The position numbers were made by a program, and so were the translations under genes. 64,000 nucleotides of DNA from Eledone cirrhosa (Eukaryota), in NCBI GenBank assembly GCA_964016885.1, contig OZ024754.1, positions 34,162,001 through 34,226,000 on the forward strand, given 5' to 3'. A model generated the notes under the pieces. It made no database searches. It was not told the DNA's origin and saw only the letters and a program-made list of their open reading frames with translations. Of this stretch, positions 27,064-40,466 are shown piece after piece (position 1 is the first letter of the stretch; every line of letters begins with the position of its first letter).

Positions 27064-30000
27064 CTGAAACAGAAACTTCTAATGTTCCATTGCGAGAAAC
27101 ATCAGAATTAAGTCTTGAATCCAAGGTAAGTTCTCCAGTTGAAGGATTTAGATTTAAAAGATTTCCTTCGTTACCCGACACAAAGGTGTATGTCAAAGTG
27201 TCGCGGTTAATTTCATCCGGATCATGTGCAGGAATCCTCCCAATTATACCAGTTGGAAAATAATTCAAAAGGTTGTTGATAATGATAGTGAAATCCATTA
27301 ACTTTGGTTTGTTGTCATTAATATCAGTGACAGCAATAATAATAGTGGTATCAGAAAAAAGGGGTTCAGAAATGGCACGGAGGCGCAGCTTATAGAACTT
27401 TTTGCTTGATTCATAATCAAGATCGACCCTGGATAAAATGATAGCAGCAGAACCAGGACGTCCGCTTAACTCAAAATCATCACGGTCATACTCATTTATA
27501 AGCATATACTGAATCTCTGCGTTTTCTCCAACATCAGGGTCGTTGGCTGTAACCTTTGCAACAATTGACCCTATAGGGCTATTTTCAACAATTTCCACTC
27601 GAATTTCTGGGGCTTCGAATTGTGGTTTATTATCATTAACATCTTCAACATTGATATCTATTATAACTGATGAGGAGGTTGAGCTAGCACCTCTGTCAAC
27701 AGCATAGGCAACTAGTTCATACTTGGACACGCGTTCTCGGTCAAGTTGCTTATTAATTCGAATTGCGCCTTGAGTGGTATCGATGAGAAAATCTCCATCA
27801 CCATCATTCCCATTATCAAATGTATAGTAAATTTGACCATTACGGCCAGCATCTCTATCTCTGGCTGAAATTTCAAGTACTCGTGTTCCAATTTCAGCAT
27901 TTTCCAAAACATAACCAGAATAGCGTATCTCTTGAAATTCAGGTTTGTTATCATTTACATCTTCAACAGTAATAACCAAATCCGTGTTATCCATTTTAGA
28001 TGGTTTTCCTTGATCATTAGCTGTAACACTGACAGTATATCCAGCTTGCTTCTCTCGATCAAGCTCACTGCGAGTGTATACATTACCACTATTTGGATCA
28101 ACTGCAAAAATATTAGTAGGGTCAAGGCTGTAAGTTATTCTAGCATTTTCTCCGACATCTTCGTCAAGTGCAAAGACGTTAAAAATAGATTTGCCAATCG
28201 GTACATCTTCTGATATACTGATACGATAAGGTGTGTTTTGGAATTTAGGTTGGTATCTATTTGTATCAATAATCTGGATAAACACTTCAGCAACATCTTT
28301 ATTTCCACGAGGGTCAGATGCTGTGACTGTCAGAGCATATCGACTATGTTCACGATAGTTTAGAGATTTTGCCACCAAAATGGTTCCATCCGTTGAAATA
28401 ATACGAAAGGCATCATCAGTGTTGCCCTTAGTGATGCGGTAGTTTAGTTCAGCATTTGTTCCCTCATCTTTATCGGTGGCTGTAACAACCACTATCTGGT
28501 GCCCATGTTTAGCTTCTTCAGATACGCTAACATTGTAAACTTTAGGGTTAAAAATTGGTGCATTGTCATTAATATCTCGAATGATAAGTTCTACTTTAGT
28601 AACAGCTGACCGTGGGGGTTTGCCTGAATCTTTAGCCTCAACAATAAATTCATATGATGTAGAATTCTCTCGATCCAATACTGCAGTGGTTCGAATCCAA
28701 CCGGTTTTGGGATTTATAGCCAAGGGTAAGTAGGCTGGCCCTTTCACAATTCTGTAAGTCAATTGAGCATTCAATCCAGAATCACGATCAAATGCCTGAA
28801 TTTGTCGAATACTGGTGTTTGAAGGAATATTTTCAGTAACAGGTTCTAAGTAACTGGTAAAGAATTCGGGATCATTATCATTAATATCAGTAATACGGAC
28901 ATTTACTGTTGTGCTGTTTGTTTTTGGTGGTGATCCGCTATCTTCTGCTCGGATCTTCAGAGAATATTGTTTAGTGTCTTCAAAGTCTAATGTTTTTTGC
29001 AGAATAAGTTCTCCAGTCGCATGGTTAATACGAAAAACATTTCGACTGTTACCCCCTGAAATAGTGTAAGATATCTCGGCATTTTTACCTTTATCTTTGT
29101 CTATGGCAGAAATATTTAAAATGATGGGGTTAGGGTTCACATTAATATTTTCAGGAATTTCTGCTGAATATGATCTGTGACTGAATTGAGGGTAATTATC
29201 GTTGTCATCACTTACAGTAATTTCAACTGTAGCTGTGGAAGATTTTCTTTCTGACACAGGACCCTGGTCGGTAGCTTCTATTATTAGTCGATAAAAACTA
29301 ACTACTTCACGATCAAGATATTTACGAGTGGTAATAGTACCTTTATCTGATCGAATAGAAAATGCATTGTTAGGTTCCTTGGGGTTTAAAATTGAATATT
29401 TGATTTTAGCATTATCTCCAGTATCTCTGTCTGTAGCGCGGACAGATAAGATGACAGAATCAACATCGATGCTTTCTGAAACGCTTTCTGAATAGACTTT
29501 TTTTTCAAAAACAGGAAAATGATCATTGGCATCAGTTACTGTAATAATTAGTGACACAGAACTACTTTGAGGTGGATCACCATTATCTGTTGCAATAACA
29601 GTGAAATAGTGTTTAGAAATTTGTTCACGGTCAAGTTTTGTCACAGTAGTTATTCTGCCAGATGTAGGATCAATAGCAAACATAGATTGACTACGTTTAT
29701 CCTGGGTAGCAATCAGGCTATAAGTTATCATCCCTGCATCTTCTGTGTCTGGGTCGGTTGCAGTAATGAACCCAACAATAATACCAGGAGCATTATCTTC
29801 TTCAACATGTTTTGTATAATATTGCTGAGGAAATTGTGGAATACGATTCGTGGATGCTCGTCGTCGACGACGACTTAGAGTTTTATCCTTTAAAGAGGGT
29901 TCTAAGAACTTATGTGTATAGTGAAGAATTTTAAAAGAGGTCTTTGTTTCTTGTCCATCACAACCATATTGTATATCACCATAAATAGTTAAAACACCGT

Positions 30001-30739
30001 CTGACGGACGTATTTCATCTCTGGCTCTAATGCAATATTTGCTTGTCACAGAATAGTCTTTGCTGTTGTGTACTATTACACTGCAAATTTTTTTGTGTAT
30101 GGAATCAGGCAAAAATTCGAGCAAGCATGCCAGAGGCTCTCCTTTGGAAATGGTGGGATGACTACTATCCTTGTAACTATTAATTACAATTAACTGATAG
30201 TTCTGTAGCATGACATTATAAGGCATGCTTTTTCGCTTGTGATTTTGGTGACAATCCGGACCATAGGCATACACTGACAGTGGTATGACAGTGTGGTTGG
30301 GCATCCGATGGTTATTATATAGAGTGTGCGTGTGGGCTGATATATACAAATACAAAGGATCAATTGATTCAATAACACGGGAAAATGTTAACCAATTAAA
30401 GGGGCTTTTGATGTATAAATGACCAGTGCTTGAGTCCAATGAAAAATAATCAAAGACTTTGTAACTGTGCCGAGTTGGGTCGATTTCATAGGACCAGCGT
30501 GACTCGTGACTGGCGTTAAAGATTAAAAGTCCTTTGGGATTAGGTATCCGGTAAGGTTTGGTCGTTGGAGTGGCAATGTCCATAGAATTGTCCGCGATGT
30601 TTTGGCAGATATTAAGCGTGTAGGGCGAATCAGCAATATAGTCGGCAGTAGCTATTCCGCTGACAGCAAACATGGACATGACAACGACAAAATACACACA
30701 AACATGTAAATACGACATACACGCACGACTCATTATCAT
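27064..30739 (-). CDS. CELSR: Flamingo/CELSR (starry night) atypical cadherin, first coding exon (about 1225 codons); remaining exons not found in window
   Basis: ORF 27002..30811 encodes a hydrophobic signal peptide after the first ATG at 30739 (MIMSRACMSYLHVCVYFVVVMSMFAVSG), a pro-region, an RRRRR furin-type site, then about 8-9 cadherin repeats (LDRE, DxNDNxPxF, AxDxD). It ends at TLEVSVS-G|GTAAGT, a phase-1 donor at 27063. The final degenerate repeat IGRIPAHDPD...LDSRL is Flamingo/CELSR-like. Confidence 0.9.
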
Positions 30740-31375
30740 TGTTAAAATTATGTTGTTAACATTGAATTTCAGTTGTTTTCCTCTTTCAAGCTTTTCCCTT
30801 CTCCTTTCCAAATTGTATCAAGGACTATTTGAGCATTTAATGTGAATTTCTTTTCAAAATAATGCCTTAAAAATTCAGCTTCACTTTCCGAACATAATGA
30901 AAAGTGGAGAAAGCGAGGAAAAGGGGGAAAAGATATCAGTAGCCACTTACCGTTGTAAAATAGGTATAGCACCCAGGTAAGAAGTAAATAATTGAGGGAA
31001 ACCTGAACACTTGTTTCTTTCTTTCCTGCGTATTTGATATAGTATCATTGATGGTTCTCAGATAAATTGATGTTAATAATCCATATTAATTATGTTTTTA
31101 GTATCCGGTCACACTCGGTCGAGGGGAACACAGAAGACAAGGAGAGACACCATGTAGAAACGTTGTGATGGGGAGTTTACATTTACATAAATATGTAAAC
31201 GCTCACTAGGTAAGGCTCTCCTCTCGTTCACTGAGATATTGTTGCTGTTGTAGTTATAGTAGCAGTAGTAGTAAATAATTGTTGATGAAGCTGTTGATTG
31301 TTGAATTAATATTATTACTTTTTTAATGCTTTTCCACGTTATGTATTTATATCATAAGAAAGAATTGTTTCACGA

Positions 31376-31411
31376 AGCGATCAGTTCGGCTTGCTGATCG
31401 CTGCGACTAAT
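31376..31411 (-). promoter_or_regulatory. Candidate CELSR transcription-start region
   Basis: Minus-strand Inr-like ATTAGTC at the boundary between unique sequence and the GA-rich block, followed by a perfect 9-bp hairpin AGCGATCAG/CTGATCGCT. This is inference only. Confidence 0.3.
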
Positions 31412-31712
31412 CTCTCGTACTCTTTCTTCTCTTTAATCATTGTATCGCTTTCTTTCTTTTTCCTCTCTCACTCTTTCTTACTCTCTCTCCCCCTTTCTCT
31501 TCTAAAACATGTGCCTGTCTCTCTCACTCTTTGTTACTCTCTCTTTCTTGCTTACCCTTTTTTGCTCTTTGTTACTCACTCTCTTTCTTGCTTACCCTCT
31601 TTTGCTCTTTGTTACTCACTCTCTTTCTCTCTTATATCTCATTCTTTGTAACTCTCTCTCTTTCTCTTCTACAACATGTGCCTGTCTCTCACTCTTTGTC
31701 TCTCTCTCTCTC

Positions 31713-31753
<41 letters not shown>

Positions 31754-32600
31754 CTCTCTCTCTCTTTTCCACAACACGTTCCTCTCTCTCTCTCTTTCTC
31801 TTCTACAACATGTGCCTGTCTCTCACTCTTTGTTTCTCTCTCTCTCTTTCTTTTCCACAACACGTTCCTCTCTCTCTCTCTTTCTCTTCTACATGTGCCT
31901 GTCTCTCATTCTTTGTTACTCTCTTTCTTTTCCACAACATGTACCTCTCTCTCTCTTTCTCTTCTACAACATGTGCTTGTCTCTTACTCTTTGTTACCCT
32001 CTCTCTCTCTCTCTTCTACATGTGCTTGTCTCTTACTCTTTGTTCCTCTCTCTCTCTCTCTCTCTTTCTCCTCTACAACATGTACCTGTATTTCACTCTT
32101 TATTAATCTCTCTCTCTCTCTCTCTCTTTCTCCGTTCTACAACATGTGCCTCTCTTTCTCACTCTTTGTTGCCTTATCTTTCCTTCTTACCACACCCCCT
32201 TTACTCTTTATTACTCTATCGCTCTCACCTATCTTCTCTCACCCTTTATTACTCTATCGCTCTCACTCTGTATATCTATCTTTTTCTTAAGTTCTCTCAG
32301 TCATCAATACTCTCTCTCTCTCTCTCTCTCTCTATTATACTCCCTCACTCTTTGTAACGCTATCTCTCTCCTATAACCCTAAACCCCTTCCCCTTTTCTT
32401 TCTTACTTTATCTCTCTCTCCCGTTCTTTGTTTCCTTATCTTCCTCTCTCTCTTTTCTACATGTTCCTGCCATCTCTACAGTTGGGGATCTCTCTCACTA
32501 CCCCCTACCCCACCTTTATTTCTTTCTATTTCCCTATATTTTTCTTTCATTCTCATTCAATACTCATTTGTCTTCATTTTTTTCTCCTTGTTTATTTATT
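31410..32600. repeat. CT/GA-rich low-complexity block with recurring CTACAACATGTGCCTGTCTC units, immediately 5' of CELSR
   Basis: About 1.2 kb, pyrimidine-rich on the + strand. Confidence 0.9.
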
Positions 32601-32701
32601 TTCACCATGATTTTAGCCCTATATATATATTTCTTCTATTACTTTTAATTAAATTTTATTATTTTTCTTATATATACTTATATATACATATATATATATA
32701 T

Positions 32702-32747
<46 letters not shown>

Positions 32748-32762
32748 ATATATATGTATGTA

Positions 32763-32809
<47 letters not shown>

Positions 32810-32829
32810 TAAAATAATTTTATTATTAT

Positions 32830-32943
<114 letters not shown>

Positions 32944-32980
32944 ATATATAGAGGGCCCTCCATTGGTATTTTACTATTTA

Positions 32981-33011
<31 letters not shown>

Positions 33012-33353
33012 ACAATAACAATTGTTTCTACTTTAGGCACAAGGCCAGCAATTTGAAGGGGGCGGGGTCGATTTTATCGAACCCAGTGCATTACTGGTGC
33101 TTTGTTTTGTTTATCGACCCCGTAAGGATGAAAGGCGAGGCTAACCTCGGCGGGATTTAAATTCAGAAAGAAAAAAATAATAATAATTTCCAGTTGTCCT
33201 GCAAATGCATGTACCATTATAACTGTATTGAAACGAACGTAACGTAGAAATAAAGAAATAAATTTAAGTTCGTAACCTTGATTTTTTTCTAATGTTGAAC
33301 GAACACACTCACACACACACACACATTCACACACACACACACACACACACATT

Positions 33354-33392
<39 letters not shown>

Positions 33393-33521
33393 ACACACAC
33401 TCTTTCTCTCTCTTTGCTTATTCAATTTCCGTCTTCTTCGATCTAACGTCTTCAATCTATTCTTTCTTTGAATACCTTCCACGCTCTAATTCTCTCTCTG
33501 TCTTTCTTTAGCGAGGAAGAG

Positions 33522-33606
<85 letters not shown>

Positions 33607-33672
33607 TCTTCCTATATATATATATATATATATATATACTCGTTGTTAACCCAACAATTTAAATATAACTTT

Positions 33673-33712
<40 letters not shown>

Positions 33713-33877
33713 TCTTCCTATATATATATATATATATATGCGTGTGCCTGTATAAGTGTACACATATATATATGTATGCGTGTGCCTGTATATGTGTACA
33801 CATATATATATGTATGCGTGTGCCTGTATATGTGTACACATATATATATGTATGCGTGTGCCTGTATATGTGTACAC

Positions 33878-33913
<36 letters not shown>

Positions 33914-34439
33914 GCACATACACATATACACACGCACAATTACTTAGGCCATTCGATTAATCACTCTTTCTCTCTCTCTGTGCGTGTGTGTGTGTGCGTG
34001 TGCGTGCGCGTGTGTGTGTGTGTTTATATTTGTTAATCTTATTCTAGCCTCACTTTTCCATAATATTATCTTTCGTTTTTCATTCCTTCTAATCCTGCGG
34101 GGTATTTATTTCTCGCTTCGTCTTGTATATCTCGTTTCTAGCCAGCCACATAAAACTAACAAATAAAAACAATAAACCGAAACTACCCTACGCTGTATAC
34201 AACAAACCTAATTTGCGCTCATTATCGGTTTGATCTCACCGAGGTTAACTTTGCCTTTCATCCTTACGGGGGTCGATAAAATAAAGTACCAGTAATGTAC
34301 TGATAAATTGCTGACCTTGTGCCAAACGTAGAAACAATTATCGGTTTGGGTGGAGGTGTGATTAAACGACAAAAGAAGACTACCACCCGTTCCTTCGCAG
34401 ATTATGTAATCTGTCTTGGAAACCAGGCACTGACTTGTT

Positions 34440-34730
34440 TCCTTTCTGTGTTGGTTTAAATTAGGATCTCCCGGCGTCCTCGGTCCCAGGACTGCTACAA
34501 AGGAGAGAAAGATGACTAAATACCAGCCATTAACTGACCCTTTCCTCACTGTGCTGGTCACCATTAAAACCTTCGGTGTCCTCCTCGACTCCCGGACTGT
34601 CGCAGCTTTCCTCCACAACATAGGGAGGATGGCACTACACCCGAGAAAGAGGTATCGTGAGGTGGAATAACTAGTGCAGCGAGTGTCGCTGGCTGTTCTC
34701 CGTGGAAATGCTTTTGCTATATTGTAGCAG
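34440..34730 (+). mobile_element. CRE-like non-LTR retrotransposon C-terminal fragment
   Basis: ...TFGVL...LVQRVSLAVLRGNAFAIL* resembles the QRLS.A.QRGNA C-terminus. A second relic on the minus strand at about 45455-45620 reads FQRLSLAITRDNAASVL. Confidence 0.55.
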
Positions 34731-34855
34731 TAGCCGAGATATACTGCCCAGCCAAGAGTGCAGAGCTTGTGTATTTTCGTGGTTGTGAAGTAGGAAGACT
34801 TCCACCCCCCTTTCTCCGTAAATCTGTCATTTGTCTTTTAATTAAAAAATTAACT

Positions 34856-35390
34856 CTGTGAGTTCAAATCCCGCCGAGGTTAGCTTTACCTTTCCTCCTT
34901 GCGGGGTTGATAAAGTACCAGTAATGCACTGCGGTCGATTTAATTGACTCTCCTCCCCCAAAAGTGTTGACCTTGTGCCTTAATCAGTGACCATTGGTGG
35001 ATTGGCAGTATCGGTAGAGGGTCGGACGCCATGCTTTGCAGCAGAGTTACGCCCCTTTACGATCTGAGTTCAAATCCCGCCGAGGTTAGCTTTGCCTTTC
35101 ATCGTTACGGGGTCGATAAAATAAAGTACCAGTAATGCACTGGGATAATTGCTGGCCTTGTGCCTAAAGTAGAAACAATTATTTAATTAACTCTGGCGGT
35201 GGATTGGCAGTATCGGTAGAGGGTCGGACGCCATGCTTTGACGCATAGAGTTACGACCCTTGCCATTCTGAGTTCAAATCCCGCCGAGGTTAACTTTGCC
35301 TTTCATCCTTACGGGGTCGATAAAATAAAGTACCAGTAATGCACTGGGTAATTGCTGGCCTTGTGCCAAAAAGTAGAAACAATTATTTAA
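34856..35390 (+). mobile_element. Three stacked copies of SINE family B (Nin/Deu-domain-like)
   Basis: Repeated GGTGGATTGGCAGTATCGGTAGAG...GAGTTCAAATCCCGCCGAGG...GCCTTTCATCCTTACGGGGTCGATAAAATAAAGTACCAG...GGCCTTGTGCC; AATTAACTCTG recurs at the junctions. Further copies lie near 15405-15640, 33020-33165, 34230-34340, 36240-36585, 42200-42530, 44975-45315, 54440-55050, 56345-56565 and 60760-60970. Confidence 0.85.
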
Positions 35391-36812
35391 TTAACTCTGA
35401 TATTTAATCAATGGGGTTTCTCAAAGTCAACACCTTTTATCTGAATTTAGAGGGTTTTTTGTTTTGTTTTGTTTTTTTCTCTTTTGTCCTCACCCCACGC
35501 CTTCCTTTCAGCTATTTTCCACAAACTAACAAAAACGTCTCTACGTGAAATAGCAGCCAAATCCTCCTCACACCAGTCTTCTCTTGTTATTTCTCATGAA
35601 CGAACAATGGAGTCTCTGCGTGACCGCTGGACATACTAGAAATAGCAGCGAAATAGAATTCCGAAGTGGGGAGAAATTGCCGGAAAAAATATATGTAATG
35701 AAAAAAAAAAGTTACAGGCATTTACATGGGATACTAATTGTGGAAGGCTGCCGTTTAATTAAATCAGGTGTATATCACCTTTACTTCTTTCTCTTCTTTA
35801 GTAATTTCACTATACCTTAATTTCTTGAAGCTTTTATGACTTTCCTCCCAATCCCAAAATTTAAATTTATGAATATATATTAAAAATACATTTATATAAA
35901 TAACATTACAAATAAAAAAAAGTTATACAATGATGGAAATATAAAAAAGAAAGATAAAAACAAAATTAAGTAATGAGAAAAGGGGGAAGGGGTAAATAAG
36001 AGCAGATCTGGCTGTATAGGAAAGTAAAAGAAAGGACTATAAATGCCATAAATAAGAGGAAAATGAGGGGAAAAGCAAGGACTTATGGGTCACAGAAGAA
36101 ATGGAAGGAGAAAGGGAGAGCATGATGGGCTCTGGACCTAGCATGGGGCGGTGTTTGGGCTGCAAAGGCATTTTCACAGACAGTAACCAGCGACATTTGC
36201 TTTATTAACAATAGTTATTATTATTTTGCAGTATAAAAGTGGTGGATTGGCAGTATCGGTAGTAGAGAATCAGACACCATGCTTTGCAGCATAGAGTTAC
36301 GGCCCTTTACCGTCTGAGTTCAAATCCCGCCAAGGTTAACTTTGCCTTTCATCCTTGCGAGGTTGATAAAATAAAGTAGTGTATATATAAAAAATAAAGT
36401 ACCAGTAACATACTGGGGTCGATTTAATCGACTTTCCCTTCCTAAATTACTGGCCTTGTGCCTATACTAGAAATCATTATTTTGCAGTATAGAGTTGCGG
36501 CCCTTTACGTTCTGAGTTCAAATCCTGCTGGCCGAGGTTAGCTTTGCCTTTCATCCTTGCGAGGTTGATAAAATAAAGTAGTGTATAAGAGAGAGAGAGA
36601 GACGAATGATAATTTACTTCTAGTAAACTGTATTCCAAAAAATTAATGAAATTGGAAAAAGAAAATTGTTCCTCTCTCATTTAATAGATAAGGTGAGATA
36701 CTTTTATATATGTAACTATTTGTCCGTCGGTATCCACCTTTAATAAATATCTAAATTAATAAATATATGTGTGTGTTTTATTTTGATATATGTGTATGTA
36801 TGTATGTCTGTA

Positions 36813-36855
<43 letters not shown>

Positions 36856-36858
36856 GCA

Positions 36859-36889
<31 letters not shown>

Positions 36890-37398
36890 TACATTATATA
36901 CATATATATTAATATATATTACATTATATAAAAATATACATGTATATATATATATTGACGTGTAGGCACCACGGAAAAAAGGGCACCTAGTACTCACTGT
37001 AAATGAGGTTGGTGTTAGGAAGGGCATCCAGCTGTAGAAATCAAGCCAGAATCAGTTCCCGTATGAGCAAGACAAGGTCAGCCGACCGGTCACTGCCCAC
37101 AACAGGACAACCCATCTAACCCATGCAAGCGTGGAAGAACGGACGTAAAACGGTGATGATGGTGATGATGATTACGCAGGTTTCCTTGAGAGGACGGGTG
37201 TCTCAGTTTTCACACCACTGATCTTCATTCCAGCCATGCAACACTCAGCACCAAACCTATCAAATGCAAGTCGGAGATCACCTTCCGTCAAGTTAAGTAA
37301 CACCATGTTGTCTGCAAATTCCAGCCAACTGATTTTACACCTGCCCCTTATGACACCACTTCCAACTCTGCTGGGCATGTCAATCCTGTTCATGAAAA

Positions 37399-37585
37399 TA
37401 ATTGTTTCTACTTTTGGCACAAGGCCAGCAATTATCCCAGTGCATTACTGGTACTTTATTTTTTATCAACCCCGTAAGGATGAAAGGCAAAGTTAACCTC
37501 GGCGGGATTTGAACTCAGAATAGCAAGGGCCGTAACTCTATGCGTCAAAGCATGGCGTCCAACCCTCTACCGATACTGCCAATCC
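37399..37585 (-). mobile_element. SINE family B inserted in an RTE RT fragment
   Basis: TSD CATGAAAATAAT at 37391-37402 and 37586-37597. The flanks join into an RT fragment (VGLCQRCILSLLLFIIFMNRI...LEFADNMVLL). Confidence 0.85.
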
Positions 37586-38269
37586 CATGAAAATAATGAA
37601 TAGGAGAAGTGACAGTATGCACCTTTGGCAGAGTCCGACTCACACACTGAATGTTTTCGATTTAGCACCATTTATCTGAACACAAATGCTTGGGCATTCG
37701 TATAATGATAAGTGCACAACTTCCAAACTGTCATCAACAACATTTTTGTTGACAATGATGATCAAAGATGGATGAAGCTTTCATGGGATGCTTTGCTGAA
37801 AATTTATTTGAGGTCCTTGCATATCATTTATGGTAATAAAAAAAAATTGGGGCCCTTTAATACTTTTGATAACAACCTGCCTGAAACAGCTCCTGGTTCT
37901 ATGACAGAAAAATATATATATTTATGTATCTAAAAATCTTCCATCATAATTTTATGTAAGATATTTTGTTATGTAATAATTTTAGTTCCAAACATCAGCT
38001 TAACAATAAGATAGTTTATCACATTCCTAAATCTTTCCAAATTTTTTATTATTTTCAAAATTATCTGACAAACATAGGCTGTCTTTCATTAGAAATATGG
38101 TAGTGAAAAGATTTAAAATATTAGAGACCTCTAGTTACAACCCACCAGGTATTCCCACCCACATTTAATCTACCATTGATGATAATCAGGATATAGCAAA
38201 ACAGCCAGGAATCAAAGAAATTTGATAAGGACTCTAGTTTCAGAGATTTCAAGAGTGAATGGTTTAAAC

Positions 38270-40045
38270 CAGAAGTTTTCAAACTTTGCAGCACACACAC
38301 ACACACCCCTCACAGCCACGTGATACCCTCAGCGCCCCCACCTCTATTTCCAAAGAGACCTGACTACACACAAATTGTAAATAATATATTTTTAAAATCT
38401 TTAATTTATGCATAATAAATAATATATACTATGTATGAATAAGTATTATATATTTTTTTATTTTATTATATATATGCCCCAGCATGGCCTCAGCTGGATG
38501 GCTGAACAGGTAAAAGAGTAAAAGAGTAATATGTATCATTTAATATATTACTTGACCACCCGTGACCTGTTGGGTCACATTCAATACAAAATGTTTTTTT
38601 TAAATCATGTTCACTTAAAAATAATTTTTAAATAATTAAAATATACACAGACATGTATATAATGTGAAATGAAACTGGAAGGCCCATATATATATCATCA
38701 TCATCACCGTTTTACGTCCGTTCTTCCACGCTAGCATGGGTTAGACGGGTTGTCCTGTTGTGGGCAGTGTCTGGTCGGCTGACCATGCCTTGCTCATACA
38801 GGAACTGATCTGGCTTGATTTCTACAGCTGGATGCCCTTCCTAACACCAACCTCATTTACAGTGAGTGCTGGGTGCTTTTTCGTGGCGCCTACACGTCCA
38901 CTTTACAGTGTGGGCTGGGTGCTTTTTTGCCGTGGCACCTCCACGACCACCTTGCGGTGGGGGGGGGGGGCATATTGTTTATATGCTTCAGCATGTACCC
39001 ATGGGAGGTCGGGTACCCTGTATTACTGCGTGACGCCAGAAGTCACGGTCGTGTGTCATTGACTTTGAGAGGTGTAGTTGGGTAAGGTCGGCTCTTATCA
39101 CCTCATCCCAAGTCATCTTGGGTCTCCCCACTCCGCGGTTTCCATCAACTTCTAGTGCTCTGCACCTTTTTATGCAGCTGTCATCCTTCATACGCATCAC
39201 ATGTCCATACCAGCGTAACCGCCTCTCCTGCACGCAGCATTTGATTCCTCTTATGCTCAGTCTCTCTCTCAATTCATTTATGCTTTGTCGTTCACGTATA
39301 TTACTGTTACACATCCATCGGAGCATGCAGGCTTCGTTTCTCTCTAATCTACGTAAGTCTTCCACCTTCAGCGCCCAGGTCTCACTACCATGCAACATCG
39401 CTGTTCGGATACACGCATCATACAGTCTGCCTTTCATTCTGAGGGAGAAGCCTTTTGCAGCTAGCAGTGGTAGTAGTTCCCTAAACTTCTTCCATCCCGT
39501 TCTTACCCTAGTTATTGTACTTTCTGAGCACCCACCTCCGTTGCTAATTCGGTCACCTAGGTAGCAGAAGCTGTCTACTGTTTCTACAGGGCCCTCCCAG
39601 AGATTGGTGGTACTTGTTTCCTGTGGCTGTTTGCTTGCTGTTTCAGCACAGCTGCTGCATGTGAATCCTACATTCTTAATTAAGCTTCCTGAGATCCCGC
39701 TACATCTCTTGTGTACCCATTGTTTGCATTTGGGGCAAAGAATGGAGTTCCTACCTACACCTTTCCTACATACTGAGCAAGGCCATTTCCCTGAGGGGAT
39801 CTGGGTTCTGTTTTCTCGTCTACTTATAAGGACCTTAGTCTTTGTCATGTTGACTTTGAGGTGTGTATGTATATATATATAAATGTGTGTTTGTATACAT
39901 ATATGTGTATGTGTGTGTGTATATATATGTGGGTGTCTGTGATCTATATACACTGGTCATAGACACACATATATATATATACACACACACTCACATATAT
40001 ATATATACACAACACCAACAGCTCTCTTCCATTCTCCTTCTCTGC

Positions 40046-40092
<47 letters not shown>

Positions 40093-40466
40093 CTCCTTCT
40101 CTGTCTCCTCTCCCTCTCTCTATGTCTCTCTTTCAATCTACTCTCTCACAACCACTATCTCTTTCTCTCTATCCTTCTCTCTGTTTATGAAAGTACCCAG
40201 AAAACCCCATATCTTGGGAACCCGTGGTCCGATTTACACGAAACTTGTTTTATTCCATTTGTATCTCCGTTTCTGGGTCAACTTCCTTTCAAAGTATTTT
40301 CCCATTATGCACCCTTTTGGCTGTATTACATTACAGACAAGCAAGCAATCACAGACTTTTAGTAATATATAGATTATATCATCTCTACCACCCCTCAGGC
40401 CCCAGTTCCCCCTGGACCTTCTCAACGCCCCCTGGGGTGTTGTAATGCCCATTTTGAGAAGCTCTG
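38270..40466. mobile_element. hAT-type non-autonomous element with 8-bp TSD hosting nested insertions
   Basis: GTTTAAAC|CAGAAGTTTTCAAA...TTTGAGAAGCTCTG|GTTTAAAC. It contains the RTE LINE and a Helitron-like end at about 40186-40373. Confidence 0.75.
38693..39860 (-). mobile_element. 5'-truncated RTE-clade LINE with PHD finger and full 3' UTR
   Basis: ORF 38988..39953 has KTKVL, a C4HC3 finger, VDSFCYLG, MLHGSETW, RRLRWYGHVMRM and GRPKMTW. The 3' UTR ends in (ATG)n. Confidence 0.9.

Noticed and set aside
30740-30811. N-terminal extension MERRREK... of the CELSR ORF
   Set aside because: It starts at TTG. The first ATG (30739) directly precedes the signal peptide.
30880-30950. Small 5' UTR intron in CELSR (minus-strand GTAAGT plus pyrimidine tract)
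   Set aside because: No clear YAG acceptor; cannot be supported without cDNA.
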